A stretch of DNA of 64,000 nucleotides from Felis catus (Eukaryota). This document shows, one piece after another, positions 25,022-38,510 of the stretch. Under the pieces are notes generated by a model. The model was not told the DNA's origin. It ran no database searches and saw only the letters and a list, made by a program, of their open reading frames with translations. A program made the position numbers and the translations under genes. The DNA is taken from positions 131,504,001 to 131,568,000 of the forward strand of contig NC_058368.1 in NCBI RefSeq assembly GCF_018350175.1, given 5' to 3'. Position 1 is the stretch's first letter. Every line of letters starts with the position of its first letter.

Positions 25022-26560
25022 AGGTATTCTAAAATTTGTATGGAACCAGAAAAGACCCCAAATAGTCAAAGTAATCTTGAAAAGGAAAACCAAAACTGGA
25101 GACATCACAATTCCGGACTTCAAGCTGTATTACAATGCTATAATCATCAAGATACTATGGTACTGGCACAAAAACAAACACATATCAATGGAACAGAATA
25201 GAGGACCCAGAAATGGGCCCACAAATGTATGGCCAACTTCTCTTTGACAAAGCAGGAAAGAATATCCAATTGAAAAAAAAAATCTCTTTAGCAAATAGTG
25301 TTGGGAAAACTGGACAGCGACATGCAGAAGAATGAACCTGGACCACTTTCTTACACCATACACAAAAATAAACTCAAAATGGATCAAAGGCCTAAATGTA
25401 AGACAAGAAACCATCAAAATCCTAGAGGAGAAAACAAGCAACAACCTCTTTGAGCTCAGCCTCAGCAACTTCTTACGTGACATGTCTTCAGATACAAGGG
25501 AAACAAAAGCAAAAATGAACTATTGGAACCTCATCAAGATAAAAAGCTTCTGCACAGCAAAGGAAACAATCAACAAAACTAAAAGGCAACTGAAAGAATG
25601 GGAGAAGATATTTTCAAATGACCTATTGAATAAAGGTTGACTATCCAAAACCTATAAAGAATTTATCAAACTCAATACCCCAAAAAACAAATAATCCAGT
25701 AGAGAAATGGGCAAAAGACATGAATACTTTTCCAAGGAAGACATACAGATGACTAACAGACACATGAAAGCATGTTCAACATCACTCACTATCAGGGAAA
25801 TACAAATCAAAACCACAATGAGATACCACCTCTCACCTGTCACAAGGGCTAAAATTAACAACACAAGAAACAACAGATGTTGGCAAGGATGTGGATACAA
25901 GCAAACACTCTTACACTGTTTGTGGAAATGCAAACTGGTAAACAGTATGGAGTTCCTCAAAAAATTAAAAATAGAGCTACCCTATGACCCAGCAACTACA
26001 CTACTAGGTATTTATCCAAAGGATACAAAAATCCTAAATCAGAGGGCCACATGCACCCCAATGTTTATAATAGCACTATCAACAATAGCCAAAGTATGGA
26101 AAGAGCCCAAATGTCCATAGACAGATGAATGAAGATGTGGCATCTGTACAATGGAGTATTACTCAGTGATGAAAATGAATCAAATCTTACCATTTGCAAC
26201 AACATGGATGGAACTAGAGTGTATTACACTTAGTGAAATAAGTCAGAGAGTGATCATATGATTTCACTCACGTGGAATTTCTGTTACAAAATAGATGAAC
26301 ATAGGGAAAGGAAGGAAAAATTAGATCAAAACAGAGAGGGAGACAAACCCTCAGAGACTCTTAAATACAAAGAACAAACTGAGGGTTGATGGCAGGGTGA
26401 TGGGTGGTGGGATGGGCTAAATGGGCGAGGGGCATTAAGGAGGACATTGGGTGGGATGAGCAATGGGGGTTCTATATAAGTGATGAATCACTAAATTCTA
26501 TTTCTGAAGTCATTATTACACCACATGTTAACTAACGTGGATTTAAATTTAAAAAATTTA
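25022..26560 (+). mobile_element. Carnivore L1, 5'-truncated, frameshifted ORF2 plus 3' UTR
   Basis: LDHFLTPYTKINSKWIK and [11 protein letters not shown] fragments; carnivore L1 3' UTR. Confidence 0.93.
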
Positions 26561-27324
26561 AATTTCCATTGTTCTTGGTTCTACTGCCTACCAGCTGTAG
26601 GAACAGGCTCCCACCAGTCCATAAACATGGCTACAGAAGTCCAACTGTTGGGAGGTCTGTTTAGACTAAACCCCATCTTAAACCTACTATATGGCTCTCA
26701 CTGGAGGGACCCCACAGCCTGCACTTTTAACAAGCCTCCTACCACTACCCTAACGCGGCTCTAGACTTGCATATTCCAGAACCCACTGAGCTAAACTTAA
26801 TAGTCCTCACAGATTTTAGTGACCCAAGTTTTATTGTACATAACTAAAAAGGACATTAATAATGAAGACATATTAAAAATATGAACATTAAATGTGTTCT
26901 TTTGACTTACCACTAAACGTAAAGGTCTGGCTATGTTTACCAACCATTTAGAGAACCGTATTAATAAGCATAAATTTTGGCTGTTCTACATTTTAAAATG
27001 TGATAATATGAAAAAGAGCAACAATGAAATCGTGCCTGCATATAACAGATAAAATAAACCTAATTCATGAATTATCAATAAATGCCACCAAGGGTCTGAA
27101 ATAGTCAGAAGAAAATTGTATGTGAATGTGGGCACGTACCTGAATGTATGTGCCTGCTTCACATTAAAACATAATTGTAGCATCTATTGAAAAACAAGAA
27201 CTCCATCAAAGAATGTTTTCACTATCTGTTAGTTGACTACTCTAACTTAGCTACCATTCATTCCCTGTTAATTAAAAGGTGATCACATGGTTTTTGGCTC
27301 ACTTTCCATGTGCAACAGTATATA

Positions 27325-28800
27325 TGAAACGGGGAGACCTTATACTAAGTGAAATAAGCTAGACAAAGACAAATACTATGCAGTATCAATTATATGCACT
27401 AAAAAATAACAGCAAGTCACTGAATTCAGGAAAAGAGAGTGGGATGGTGGTTGCCAGGGGCTGGGGTGTGGAGAAAATAGGAAGCTGTTGATCAAAGAGA
27501 GACAATACTTGCAAACCACATTGTCTGATAGGACTCAGATTTAGAATATATGAAGAACTTCCAAAACTCAACAGTAAAAAAATGCACAACACAATTAGAA
27601 GATCCCACCCCCCCAAAAACACATGAAAACATAGCTTACCAAAGAGGATATATAGGTAGTAGATCAATACTTCAAAAGATTTTCAACATGACTATCCATT
27701 ACAGAAATTAAATTAAAACTACAATATCACTACATACCTACTAGAAAAGATAAAATGAAAAATGGTAACACGAAATGTTGGTGAGCATGCAAAGAAACTG
27801 TGATCTGTTATATGCTTTTGGTGGGAATTGTACGGCCACTTAGAAAATAGTTTGGCAGGGGCGCCTGGGTGGCTCAGTTGGTTAAGCGACTGACTTCGGC
27901 TCAGGTCATGATCTCGCGGTCCGTGAGTTCGAGCCCTGCGTCCGGCTCTGTGCTGACAGCTCAGAGCCTGGAGCCTGTTTCAGATTCTGTGTCTCCCTCT
28001 CTCTGACCCTCCTCCATTCATGCTTTGTCTCTCTCTGTCTCAAAAATAAATAAACGTTAAAAAAAAAATTAAAAAAAAAAAAAAAAGAAAATAGTTTGGC
28101 AGTTTCTTCAGAAAGTAAATATGCATTTACCATATGTTCTATCAACTTCATTCCCCACATTTACCTCACAGAACTGAAAATCTACAGTCACACAAACACG
28201 TATACACAAATTCTCATATCAGGTTCATTTGTGTTAGCCCCAAGCTGGAAATGACGACCATGTCTTTCACTGGTGAACAGTTACACAACTTGTGGTTCAT
28301 CTATACCATGGAATGCTACTTTAGTAATGAAAAGAAATGAACCACTGATCTATGTAATAACTTGGGTAGATCTCAAGGGCAGTATGCTAAGTAAAAAAGC
28401 CAATCTCAAAAAGTCACATTATTTAGGTTACCATTTTTGTAGTATCGGAATGAAAAAGCTATAGAGATGGGGAGAAGAGTAATGGTTGCTGGGGATTAAA
28501 GATGGGGAGGGGGAGAGGAATGGGTTTGACTATGAGGGGTAGGTGACATGAGGGAGATCTTTGTGGTGGTAGGTATGTCATGAATGTGGTGGGGGTTACT
28601 CGAATTTACATGTGAAACAATGTGAAACAGAATCACATGCACAGACTGTACCAATATCAATTTTCTGGTTTTGATCATGTACTATATTATGTAAGATTTA
28701 ACTTTGGGGAAAACTGAAGAAAAGGTATAAGGGACCCCTCTGTGCTCTTTTTGCAACTTCCTGTTAATCTATTGTATGTAAAATATTTTTTAAAAGCAAG
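27325..28800 (+). mobile_element. Old L1M fragments (ORF2 end and 3' UTR) with a SINE insertion
   Basis: ctaagtgaaataagc and ggtggttgccagggg motifs; L1MC-like end ttgcaacttcctgttaatct. Confidence 0.75.
27858..28086 (+). mobile_element. Can-SINE (young)
   Basis: TSD agaaaatagtttggcag. Confidence 0.94.
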
Positions 28801-29005
28801 TCTGAAAAAAAAATAACCATTTCTATTTGAGATATTACATATAGAGAGACTCTTATTTTCTCCTTTAATATTTTTTCTGTATTTTAAAAACATTTTCAGA
28901 GACACAGCTAAGAAAAAAACTACCACATATATTGCACCTTTAAATTCAAATCAATCGATTATTGTTCTTTAAAAATGGTTCTCAGCAAGGAGAAGTGAGA
29001 ATGCC

Positions 29006-29381
29006 TGTATTCATGTACTAGGGATGCCATAACGAAATACCATAAACTGACTAGCTTAAGCAACAGTAATTTATTTTTTCACAGTTCTTGAGGCCAGAAG
29101 TCCAAGGTTAATGTGTCCTCAGTATTGGGTCCTTGGGAGTGCAGTGATGGAGAATACGTCCCTGAGTTCCACGCCTCTTCACACGATGATCTCCCCATGT
29201 GTATTTATGTGTTCAGATTTCCCTTTTTTATAAGGATACAGTCATACTGGATGAATGGCCCATGCTACTCTAACATAATGTCAACAACAACATTATTTTT
29301 AAATAAAATCCCATTCAGAAGTTCTGGGCATTAAGACTTTAACATGAATTTTGGCAGGGGAATACAATTCAATCTGCCACA
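29006..29381 (-). mobile_element. MaLR MLT1 LTR
   Basis: gccataacgaaataccataaactg...cacagttcttgaggccagaagtccaag; ends acaattcaatctgccaca. Confidence 0.75.
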
Positions 29382-29599
29382 GTGCCTACCTCTGATTCCA
29401 AGACAATTTAAAAAATCAAAAGAAAAAAAAATGCATATAAGCAAATGTAATTTGTTTGGGCCATGTGTTACATTCTAGGTTTTGGGTTTTGACATTTTAA
29501 AATGACAGAGACCATTAACAGAAGAGACCCTCATAACTGATGAAAATTATGTCAGTAAATTTAATAGCATTACCGAAGAATTTACACCTTTTCTCTCCT

Positions 29600-30160
29600 T
29601 CCTTCCTTCCTTACACAAATATTTAAGAATATCTAATGTGTACACCAAGTGTTATTCTAGGAGCTGGGAATATAAAAGATAAAAATCTTTGCCCTCAGAG
29701 TTTCCACAATAGTCGAAGAGACAGACAATAAAATAAATACATTAAATATACTGCATGTTGGACAGTGATAAATTCTTAGGGAGGAAGAAAGGGGTACAAA
29801 ATGTCAGAGTTGCATTTTGTAAAGGGTGACTCAATGAAAAGGTAACTTTTGAGTAAACCTTTGAATAAAGTGAGAGAATAAGCCATCTGGGTATGTAGCA
29901 CAGTATTCTAAGCAGAAATACAACAAGTGCAAATGCTCTGAAGCAAACAGAATTTCTTTTTCCAGTAATCATACTGGCAAAGAGGCCTGGGTCACTGAAA
30001 CAAAATAATCAGGAGGACAGCGGTGAAAGATGGGTCAGAAAGGTAACAGAGAACAAAGCATGAAAAGATTTTGACTTTTTCTCTGAATGAGATGGGAAAA
30101 CACTGGAGACTTTGAGGCAGAAAAATGATACAATCTAACTCGGGTTGTAAGAGGATTCAA
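29600..30160 (-). mobile_element. L2 remnant
   Basis: caaatattta...ttattctaggagctggg...gccctcagag pattern of the L2 3' end. Confidence 0.65.
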
Positions 30161-30899
30161 CACAAACTATACCTTCAAAGACTTTACAGTCCTCATGAAA
30201 CGTATCTATTTTCTTGATGGTTTACAACTTTCAGTCTGGCAAGTACCACTAAATCAAGTCCCTACAAGTTTAAAACAGGTTGACGACTCTTCCTTGGGCT
30301 AGTGCTCTGCAGTCCTATAAAATAAAATCCTTAAAGTTAGAACATTTCACCATACACAATTCAAGAGTTCTTTGCAATTGTCCACTGTTTATTCTTTTTT
30401 TGCTCACCCTGTTTCATGTTTCTCGTCTCAATTACAGGCAATAGGATTTACTCAAAGACGTTTGACTTTACCTCAACCATCTCTCTTGCGATTGGCATAG
30501 CACAGACTTGTCTCGTGTGTGCAGATTCACTCTTCAGATGGTAATTTTTCGTCTACTTATACATTATACATTAAATTGGAGATGGGAAAGTTATTTTTCA
30601 AGAAAATAAGTAGACTCACAAAGAAACAGCATCGTGTCAAATCTAGGAAACGCAATGAATGTGAATACACTGAAGTGTAAATTAAGTGCAAGACTAATAA
30701 ATTCTGCAGAACAACTGAATCCGTAACTAAGTGACTGATTTAAATGGCCCCCAAATAATTGTATTTCTTGTCTCAAAGCAATTTAAGAATATCTGACAAG
30801 ACCTCTGCATCCAAATCTAAACAAATTTCTGATGACATCTCTATATACAAGCAAAATCCAATTTTAACTGGTGCTGATTATAGCTGAGAAATATGTCCT

Positions 30900-31295
30900 G
30901 GATACATCTTCTCCAGCCCCTCTGAACATATTCTCTACTGTCACTGCCATGAGTTATTCTTCTAAAATATGTATCAGATCATGTCACTCCACTGCTTGAA
31001 ATTATATGACAGTTCCCCTTAACCCACAGTGAAAGGTCTCAAATATTTAGGACACATTTTCCCAAAGTTGGCCCTATCTTGCCTTTCAAAACTCATCCCA
31101 CTTTCTCACATTCAGTGTCTACTCCTGCTACTCCATTTACTAAAAACCACTTCATTAACTCCCAACGTAGCAGAACTATATAGAGCCTGCTACACTATAA
31201 GCTTCTCCTGGCTATAAACCATGCCCTATCTATTTTTTAATCCCAAGAATAGTGCCTACAACACAGGAGCCACTCAATAAATATGTAATAAATAA
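30900..31295 (+). mobile_element. L2 remnant
   Basis: cagatcatgtcactccactgctt; ends cactcaataaatatg. Confidence 0.6.
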
Positions 31296-31884
31296 AATAA
31301 CTTAATAATTGGTATTGTTATCACTGATTTTCTTATTTTTTTAGAACCACTAAGTGATCTTTTCAAATCATAGGTTTACCACAGGATATCAAAGCTATTT
31401 TTTTAGAACACAAGTCTAGAATTCACTACAAAGTAGTATTAGTGACTAGGAATGGTTTTACTATTTTCCTGGTCCCCCATGCTACCACACGAAGTCAATC
31501 TATAGAAAATGGCATTATTCAGAATATGAAGATACTTGATGAGAGAAGCGATCCATCATGCAAGTACAATGCAGAACTTTCAATCTTATAGTTAGATAAT
31601 CTTCTCAAATGGTGCTAACAAATAACAACAACAACAACAACAAAAAAGGAAAAAAAAGGAAAAAAAAGGAAAATTCTGGAGAAGAAATCACTTATGAAAA
31701 GCTTCAGCCTTTGATTTGTTAATTAATTTTACCGAAAAGCAGACATGCTATAGAACCTAAAATGTCTTACACTTGTTTGTGTCTCATTCTACCATGGTGA
31801 GAAAAAAGGCAAACATTAACAACAAAAATGTATCCTCTCCCAAGGGAAATATATGCTCAAGAGACACACGTAAGCCCAAGAAAA

Positions 31885-32352
31885 ATTAAAACATAAGTGC
31901 ACACAGAAACGTGTACATGAATGTTTATTATACATCACTTAAAATAGGTGAAAAGCAGAAATAAATATTCATCAACCGGTGGATAAATAAAATATATTAC
32001 ACACGCACAATGGATTATTATCAATAAAAAGAAATGAAATTCTGATGCATGCCACCAGATGAATGTATCTTGAAAATACTTGCTGTGTGAAACAAGCCAA
32101 TCATAAAGGCCACATATTACATGATTCCACTTATACAAAACAGAAGTAGACGGGTGTTGCCTAGGACTGGGCACTGTGAGGGAAAACCAGGAGTGAATGA
32201 TAATGGGCACAGAGTTTCTTCTTGGGATGATAAAAAAGGTTCTAAAATGGATGATCATGACGATCACCCAGCTCTGAAGCACTAAAAATCATTCAATTGT
32301 GTACTTTAAATGGGTGAATTGTATGTTATATGAATTACACCTCAATAAAGCT
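31885..32352 (+). mobile_element. L1MB-like 3' end
   Basis: atgattccacttata and aaatgggtgaattgtatgttatatgaattacacctcaataaag. Confidence 0.8.
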
Positions 32353-32564
32353 AGTAATTTTTTAATTCATGTATGGAAATTTTTCAAAACAAAAACCACC
32401 TCAATCTAAGTGGGTACCCTTTTTCAACACAGGCGAATTCTTTCTGTGATGGCTTACATCACTGTTATTTGTGTTTGCACCTAATATCTTCGGCACATTA
32501 CTCAAGGTTAATAATGATGACCTTGAGTCATTAAGAAGGGTCAAATTTAGTAATACATTTAAAT

Positions 32565-32780
32565 TGTTTTAATGTTTTATTTATTTTTGAGAGAGAGAAA
32601 GAGAGAGGGGGATAATGAGCACAGGAGGGGCAGAGAGAGAGAAGGGGGCACAGAATCCAAAGCAGGTCCAGGCTCTGACCTGTCATCACAGAGCCTAAAG
32701 CAGGGCTGGAACTCATGAACCACGAGATCGTGACCTGAGCCAAGTCAGACACTTAATGGACTGAGCCACACAGGTGCCCC
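32565..32780 (-). mobile_element. Can-SINE
   Basis: Reverse-complement SINE body. Confidence 0.9.
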
Positions 32781-33407
32781 GAGTATTACACTTGAAGGCA
32801 GAAAAGTACACAGTACGTTTTAGTACATTTTACTAAGTTTTCATCCAAAATGGTAAAATTTAAGTTCCAGTAGGAACTCTTGGCAGGAGAAAATCTGGCT
32901 TTTCCTAGTGACAGACCTGGGATCTGAATAACTGAGGATGTTCTTAAAACATAGTATTTTACACTGAAGAATACAAGAATTTGCATACACAGAAATTTCT
33001 TAATTACCTAAGACAGGGCACATGCAAATGTTTGTCCAATAGCTATTCAGTGAGAAAAGCCAACAAAGTACTGCCATATGCCTGAAGCTGAGTTGATTTT
33101 GGCATTTGACTCAATCTCCTTACTTGCCAACCCAATTAATGCTGACAGCCAGGATGCCTTTTTAAGTGAGCTGACCTCCAGGCAAACAAGAGCGCCTGGC
33201 AACTCTTTCAGATTAGTTTCACTGCTACAACATCCATTAGATCCAAATAAAGAAATGGAAAGCATCGCTAGCTGTAATTACCCCTTTTTTTTACTGCTGC
33301 ATCCTTCCTAATATCATTTTAACCTTACCAAATCAACATAATAGTATTTGACTAAAACCCAGTCAACCAAAGTAAAGTCTAAAATAGCAAAAAATAATTC
33401 TTAAAAC

Positions 33408-33610
33408 ATTTTTATTTATTTATTTTATTTTTTTGAGAGACAGAGAAGGAGTGAGAGAGGGGCAGAAAGAGAGGGAGACACAATCCAAACCAGGCTCCAG
33501 GCTCCGAGCTGTCAGCACAGAGCCTGACGCGGGGCTCAAACTCATGAACCGTGAGATCATGACCTGAGCCGAAGTCGAACGCTTAACTGACTAAGCCACC
33601 TGAGTGCCCC
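33408..33610 (-). mobile_element. Can-SINE
   Basis: Reverse-complement SINE; TSD taaaacattttta. Confidence 0.92.
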
Positions 33611-34349
33611 TAAAACATTTTTAGTTGTGACCAAAATTTTACCCTGCTTCTGCTATGCCCTCCCTTCACCAGGTCTTTATTCCAGAAAAATAAGTCAGAA
33701 TATTATTAATTCCTACCTAATCCTAATTTCCTACTATCTTATAAAATTAATGAAGAATTTATAAAATGCCCTACTGCGTGCAAGATACTGTTTTTGGTAT
33801 ATGAACATTCAAAAAGAGAAATGATACAGAATAACTTTATACCAGGGGAATTATAAAATTTTCAAAAATTGCCTTAAAGATCAGAATATACATGGGAGCC
33901 TCATAAATTCTATATCCACCCATCTGTAAAACTTTCGTGGAGCAAATGACCAACATGAAAGGAGAACATATGATAGGAAGCTACAAGGTCAAGTAATAAA
34001 ACTATAGGTTAAAGAAAAACCAACAACATATATAAAGTAAGTCTAAAATCTAGGCTCAATGAAAATCATGTTGGAAATTGCTTTGTGGATTTACATAACA
34101 ACACTTAATATCAAGAAATAAACTACTTATTAAAAATACAACACAACTGGCTTAGCTTCATCTTCTTAACTACACTAATTGTGGGAAATAAGCATTTCCA
34201 CCTTGGGGGGGGGGGGAAGGCCCTTATAACACTTCCTAAGCCCTTCACTTAAAACTGTACACACAGAGAGCCAGTTATATTATCTTAAGTTTCTCAAGTT
34301 TATTCTCTGCATTAGCATCAGATTGGTTTGATGTTAAAACATAATTTAC

Positions 34350-36362
34350 TCAACATACAAAAAAAAATTGTGTTTCTATACACTATCAATAAAGAATACA
34401 AAAAAGGAAATGAAAAGAATTCCATTCATGAGCAAATCCAAAAGAATGAAATACTGAGGAATAAATGTAACAAAACAAGTATGATATTTATAACCTGAAA
34501 TGACAAAACATCTTTTGAAGAACTAAGTACATAGTAAGACATCCTGTGTGGATGGACAGGAAGAATTAACATTAAAATGGCAATATTACCCCAAATTTCT
34601 CTACAGATTCAATGCAATCCATATAAAAATGTCAGCCCTCTTTTTTGCAAAACTTGACAAGTCAATTCTAAAGTTTGTATGCAAATACAGGAGATCCAGA
34701 GTAGTCAAAAGAAACTTCAAAGACAAGAACAAAGACTCTCACTACCCAATTTCAGAACTTCCTACCAAGCTCCAGGAATCAAGACAGTGTGGTTTTGTGA
34801 ATAAGGTTAGACGTATAGATCAATGAAACACAAATGAGATTCAGGAAATAAACCATTACATTTATAGTAAATGATTCTAGACAAGGCTGTTAAGACAGTT
34901 TAATGAGGAAAAATAATCTCAACAAACGTTCCTGGAATAAATGACATCCACACACAACAGAACAAAGGTGGACCTGTTTATTACACCATACAAAAAAATT
35001 AACTCAACATGGATCAAAGAACCAAAGGTAAGAGCTAAACCCGTTTAAAAAAACAAAAACCCTCTTGTAAAAAGTACAAGCATAAGTCTCTGAGGTCTTA
35101 CATTAGGGCATCGGTTTCATAGACATGACAACAAAAGCACAAGCAACAAGAATATTTAAGAACGTGGGCTTCTTAAAAATTAAAAACTTTTGTGCTTCAA
35201 AGAACACAATCAAGGGAGTAAAAAGACAAACCACAAAATGCGAGGAAATGTTCACAAATCATATATGTGATGGGAGACTTCTGAGTGATACAAGAAACTC
35301 CTACAACTCAATAATAGAAAGACAACCCGGGGCTCCTGGGTGGCTCAGTCAGTTAAGCATCTGACTCTTGATTTCAGCTCAGGTCATGATTTCACAGATC
35401 TGACAGTGCAGAGCCAGCTTGGGATCCTCTCTCTGCCCCTCCCCTGCGCATGATCTATCTCGCTCACGAAAAAATAAACTTAAAAAAAAAAAAAGAGGGT
35501 ATTACTTAAAAAAAAAAAGACAACCAATGTTTAAAAGGGCAAAGGATATAAGTAGACTTCTCCTAAGGAGATAAACAAAAGGACAATAAACACATGAACA
35601 GATGCTCAACATGAAGGGCCATCAAGGAAATGCAAATCCCAACCACAATGAGATCCCACTTCATATCCACTAGAAAGGTGATTATCAAAAAGACAAGTGT
35701 TACAAGAAAGTGGAGAAATCGAAACCTTTATACTCTTAGGTGGGAATGTAAAATGGTACCACCACTCTGGAAAACAGTCCAGCAGTTTCTCCAATGGTTA
35801 AATTACAAGTACCATATGACCCACCAATTCTATTCTTAAGGATATACCCAGGAGAAATGAAAACATATATCCACACAAACACTTGTACCTAAATTCCCCC
35901 CCAAAAAATAGCCCCAAAGTGGAAACAACTCAACTATCCATCACCTGATGAGCCAATAAGAATATGTATTATCATCCATACAATGGAGTATTATTCAGCT
36001 ATAAAAACAAATGACGTAGTGACACGTGCGACAACATGGATGAGACATGAAAACATACTAAGTGAAAGAAGCCAGTATAAAGGTCACAAGTTGTATGATT
36101 CCATTTACATGACATGTATAGAAAAGGAAAATCTATAGAGACAGAAATTAGATTAGTAGCTGCCTAGAGCTGGGACTAGGCTCAGGAGGAAAGGCAGAAT
36201 GACTGCTAATGGCTACCAGGTTTCTTTAGAGAGTGATGAAAATGTTCTAAAACTGATTGCGGGGATAGGTGCACAACTCTGACAACACTATAAAAACACA
36301 CTGAACTGTACAATTTAAGTGGATGAATTGTATGGTATGTGAATGATATCTCAATAAAGCTT
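34350..36362 (+). mobile_element. Old L1MB-like element (decayed ORF2 3' part and 3' UTR)
   Basis: YRFNAI and KIKNFCASK fragments; 3' UTR ending atctcaataaagc. Confidence 0.85.
35329..35518 (+). mobile_element. Can-SINE (internally shortened)
   Basis: Head and tail within the L1; TSD aaagacaacc. Confidence 0.85.
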
Positions 36363-36908
36363 TTTAAACAAAACTTCATTGGTAAAACATTTTATAAAAC
36401 CAAAAAGAGTTTTCTATAAGCTTTCTTTCCAGATGGTGTCACTCTATTTTTAGCCTCTTGTTAACTTCGGTTGCTAGGTACACTAGAATATGTACAGTAA
36501 ATAAATGGTATAGTTCACAATATCACGTTTCTGCCATGTCATATAATTTGGTTACGGGGTAGAGGAAGGGAGAGGAAGACCTCAGTCCCTGAAACCTACT
36601 GTTCCATCCTCTTTACCTAAGAATTCTATACTGGGACTTAGTATAAAGCCAGCCAAAAAAGTAGCATTTCTCAAGAAAGAAAAAAATTAATTTTAGATAG
36701 ATACTGAAATTAAGGACCCACTCACATACGCCAATATTCAGCTAAAAATAGTCTGAATTTTTAATAGAAACTATAATTTTTACTGACCAATACTTTGGCA
36801 ATCTCAGGCTACTTATTAGAAAAATAATTTGAGATATTCTAAATTTCCTTACGCACAAACAATTAAAATTTTATAAATTTAAATTTTAAAATGTTAAAGG
36901 CTACGTAT

Positions 36909-37118
36909 GGGGAGCCAGGGTGACTCAGTCAGTTGAGCGTCAGACTTCGGCTCAGGTCATGATCCCATGGTTCGTGGGTTCAAGCCGCGTGTCGAGCTCT
37001 GAGCTGACAGCTCGGAGCCTGGAGCATGCTTTGGATTCTGTGTCTCCCTCTCTCTCTGCCCCTCCCCTGCTTGTGCTCTCAAAAAACAAGAAAAAAAATT
37101 AAAAAAATAAAACAAAAT
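36909..37118 (+). mobile_element. Can-SINE
   Basis: Head, CT tract, tail; flanking repeat taaaatgttaaag. Confidence 0.9.
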
Positions 37119-37217
37119 AAAATGTTAAAGTCTATCTAAATTCAGAGATTTCTTTCAGTTCTGTTAAAGGGAAAAAAAGGAGTGAATTCATTACTTAGCA
37201 GAAACTTATACACATAC

Positions 37218-37361
37218 CTCCCCATCTAAAAGTGGGTATTTATAAACCCCATTTTCAGGTGCTTCAGGAAGCTGTGCACCTGTTATTCTCACAACTAAAA
37301 CAGGGTCCACAACGGAAAGGATAGCCACAAGATCATACAAGGTGAAATTCCCTCCTGGATG
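37218..37361 (-). pseudogene. NT5ELP: Exon of a 5'-nucleotidase-like gene (C-terminal substrate-binding domain), probable NT5EL/NT5ELP orthologue
   Basis: Minus strand reads HPGGNFTLYDLVAILSVVDPVLVVRITGAQLPEAPENGVYKYPLLDG(E). This matches the 5_nucleotid_C pattern HP.G.FT..DL..ILP..DP......TG.QL.EALENGV..YP.LDGR. Flanked by AG (37362-37363) and donor GAG|GTATGT. The symbol rests on recalled synteny with RNF180. Confidence 0.8.
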
Positions 37362-38227
37362 CTTTGAAGCATTAAATACATACATTCATTGATTTTTTTC
37401 CCCACAAAGTGTCACCTTTATCATACAATATTATGTTCAAAACTTCAGAATTTGTCATCATATTGATGAAAATTTTCTCCATGTTTTTTTTCCATTCCTT
37501 CCTTACCCTATGTTTCAATTCCCTTCTTCATCTTTATTTTTATCTTAATTATGTAGCTATAGCTAGAATATTCTTTTCTGGAAGATTTACTTTCATGTTA
37601 GCCACCATTTTCTCCTTAATTACAGATGACTCTCCCCATGCTTTCCCACAAGATCATACCTAAGGCATCTCAAAGCAAAGATCTTCCATTTCTGAAGATG
37701 TCCACAGGGGCCACTCCAAAGACTTGCTAAGGAAAGGATTCCAGAGTTTAATAAACCTCTCCCTTAGGAAATATTTCCACAAACTAGCCTAAATTATTCA
37801 TGCAGAAGATTAAGATAACTTATATTTCCAGCAAAAAAGTCATTATAAGAGGTATGTGGTTGAGATGTTACAAGATAACACATTCTAAACTTGTGAAATA
37901 CTAGGCACCTCATCACTGTGACTAGACATGGTGACAGTGTCTAAAGTTCTGGATTATGGCATATGAATCAAGGTGGGTTTCAAAAACGGGTTGATCTTCT
38001 ATTGGCTGTAAAGATTTAATATCATATAACCCATAACAAAAATGGTTAGGTTAGGGAGCAGTCCCCACTCACCATAAAATATTTCTTTTACCATGTTCCC
38101 TTATTGTGCAGGTAAGAAGGGAAAATTGGTTAAAGGGCAAGAACGTGAGTCAAAGATTTCAATCCACTGTTTCTCATATAATCAAGGATTGAATGAACAC
38201 CAAGTTTCAAGTACATAAAAGACTGCT

Positions 38228-38510
38228 ACCATATCTTGGCTATTACAAATAATGTTGCAATAAACATAGGGTGTATATATCTTCTCACATTAGTTTTTTT
38301 TTTTTTCTTTGAGTTCCCAGTAGTGGAATTTCTGGATTATATGTTATTTCTATTTTTAATTTTTTTGAGAAAGCAATGAAAATATTCACCAATAGATAAA
38401 TGAGTAAGAAGATGTGGCTAAGATATGCAATACAGTATTACTCAGCCATAAAGAAAGAATGAGATCTTGCCATTTGCAACAACATGGATGGACCTAGAAG
38501 ATATAATGGC
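38228..38510. mobile_element. L1 fragment with an internal inversion
   Basis: 38228-38370 is minus-strand ORF2-end sequence; 38388-38510 is the plus-strand continuation (tgccatttgcaacaacatggatggacct). Confidence 0.75.

Noticed and set aside
27140..27183. 44-nt minus-strand cassette TAG|...CAG|GTACGT
   Set aside because: Good splice signals but too short, with no supportable homology.
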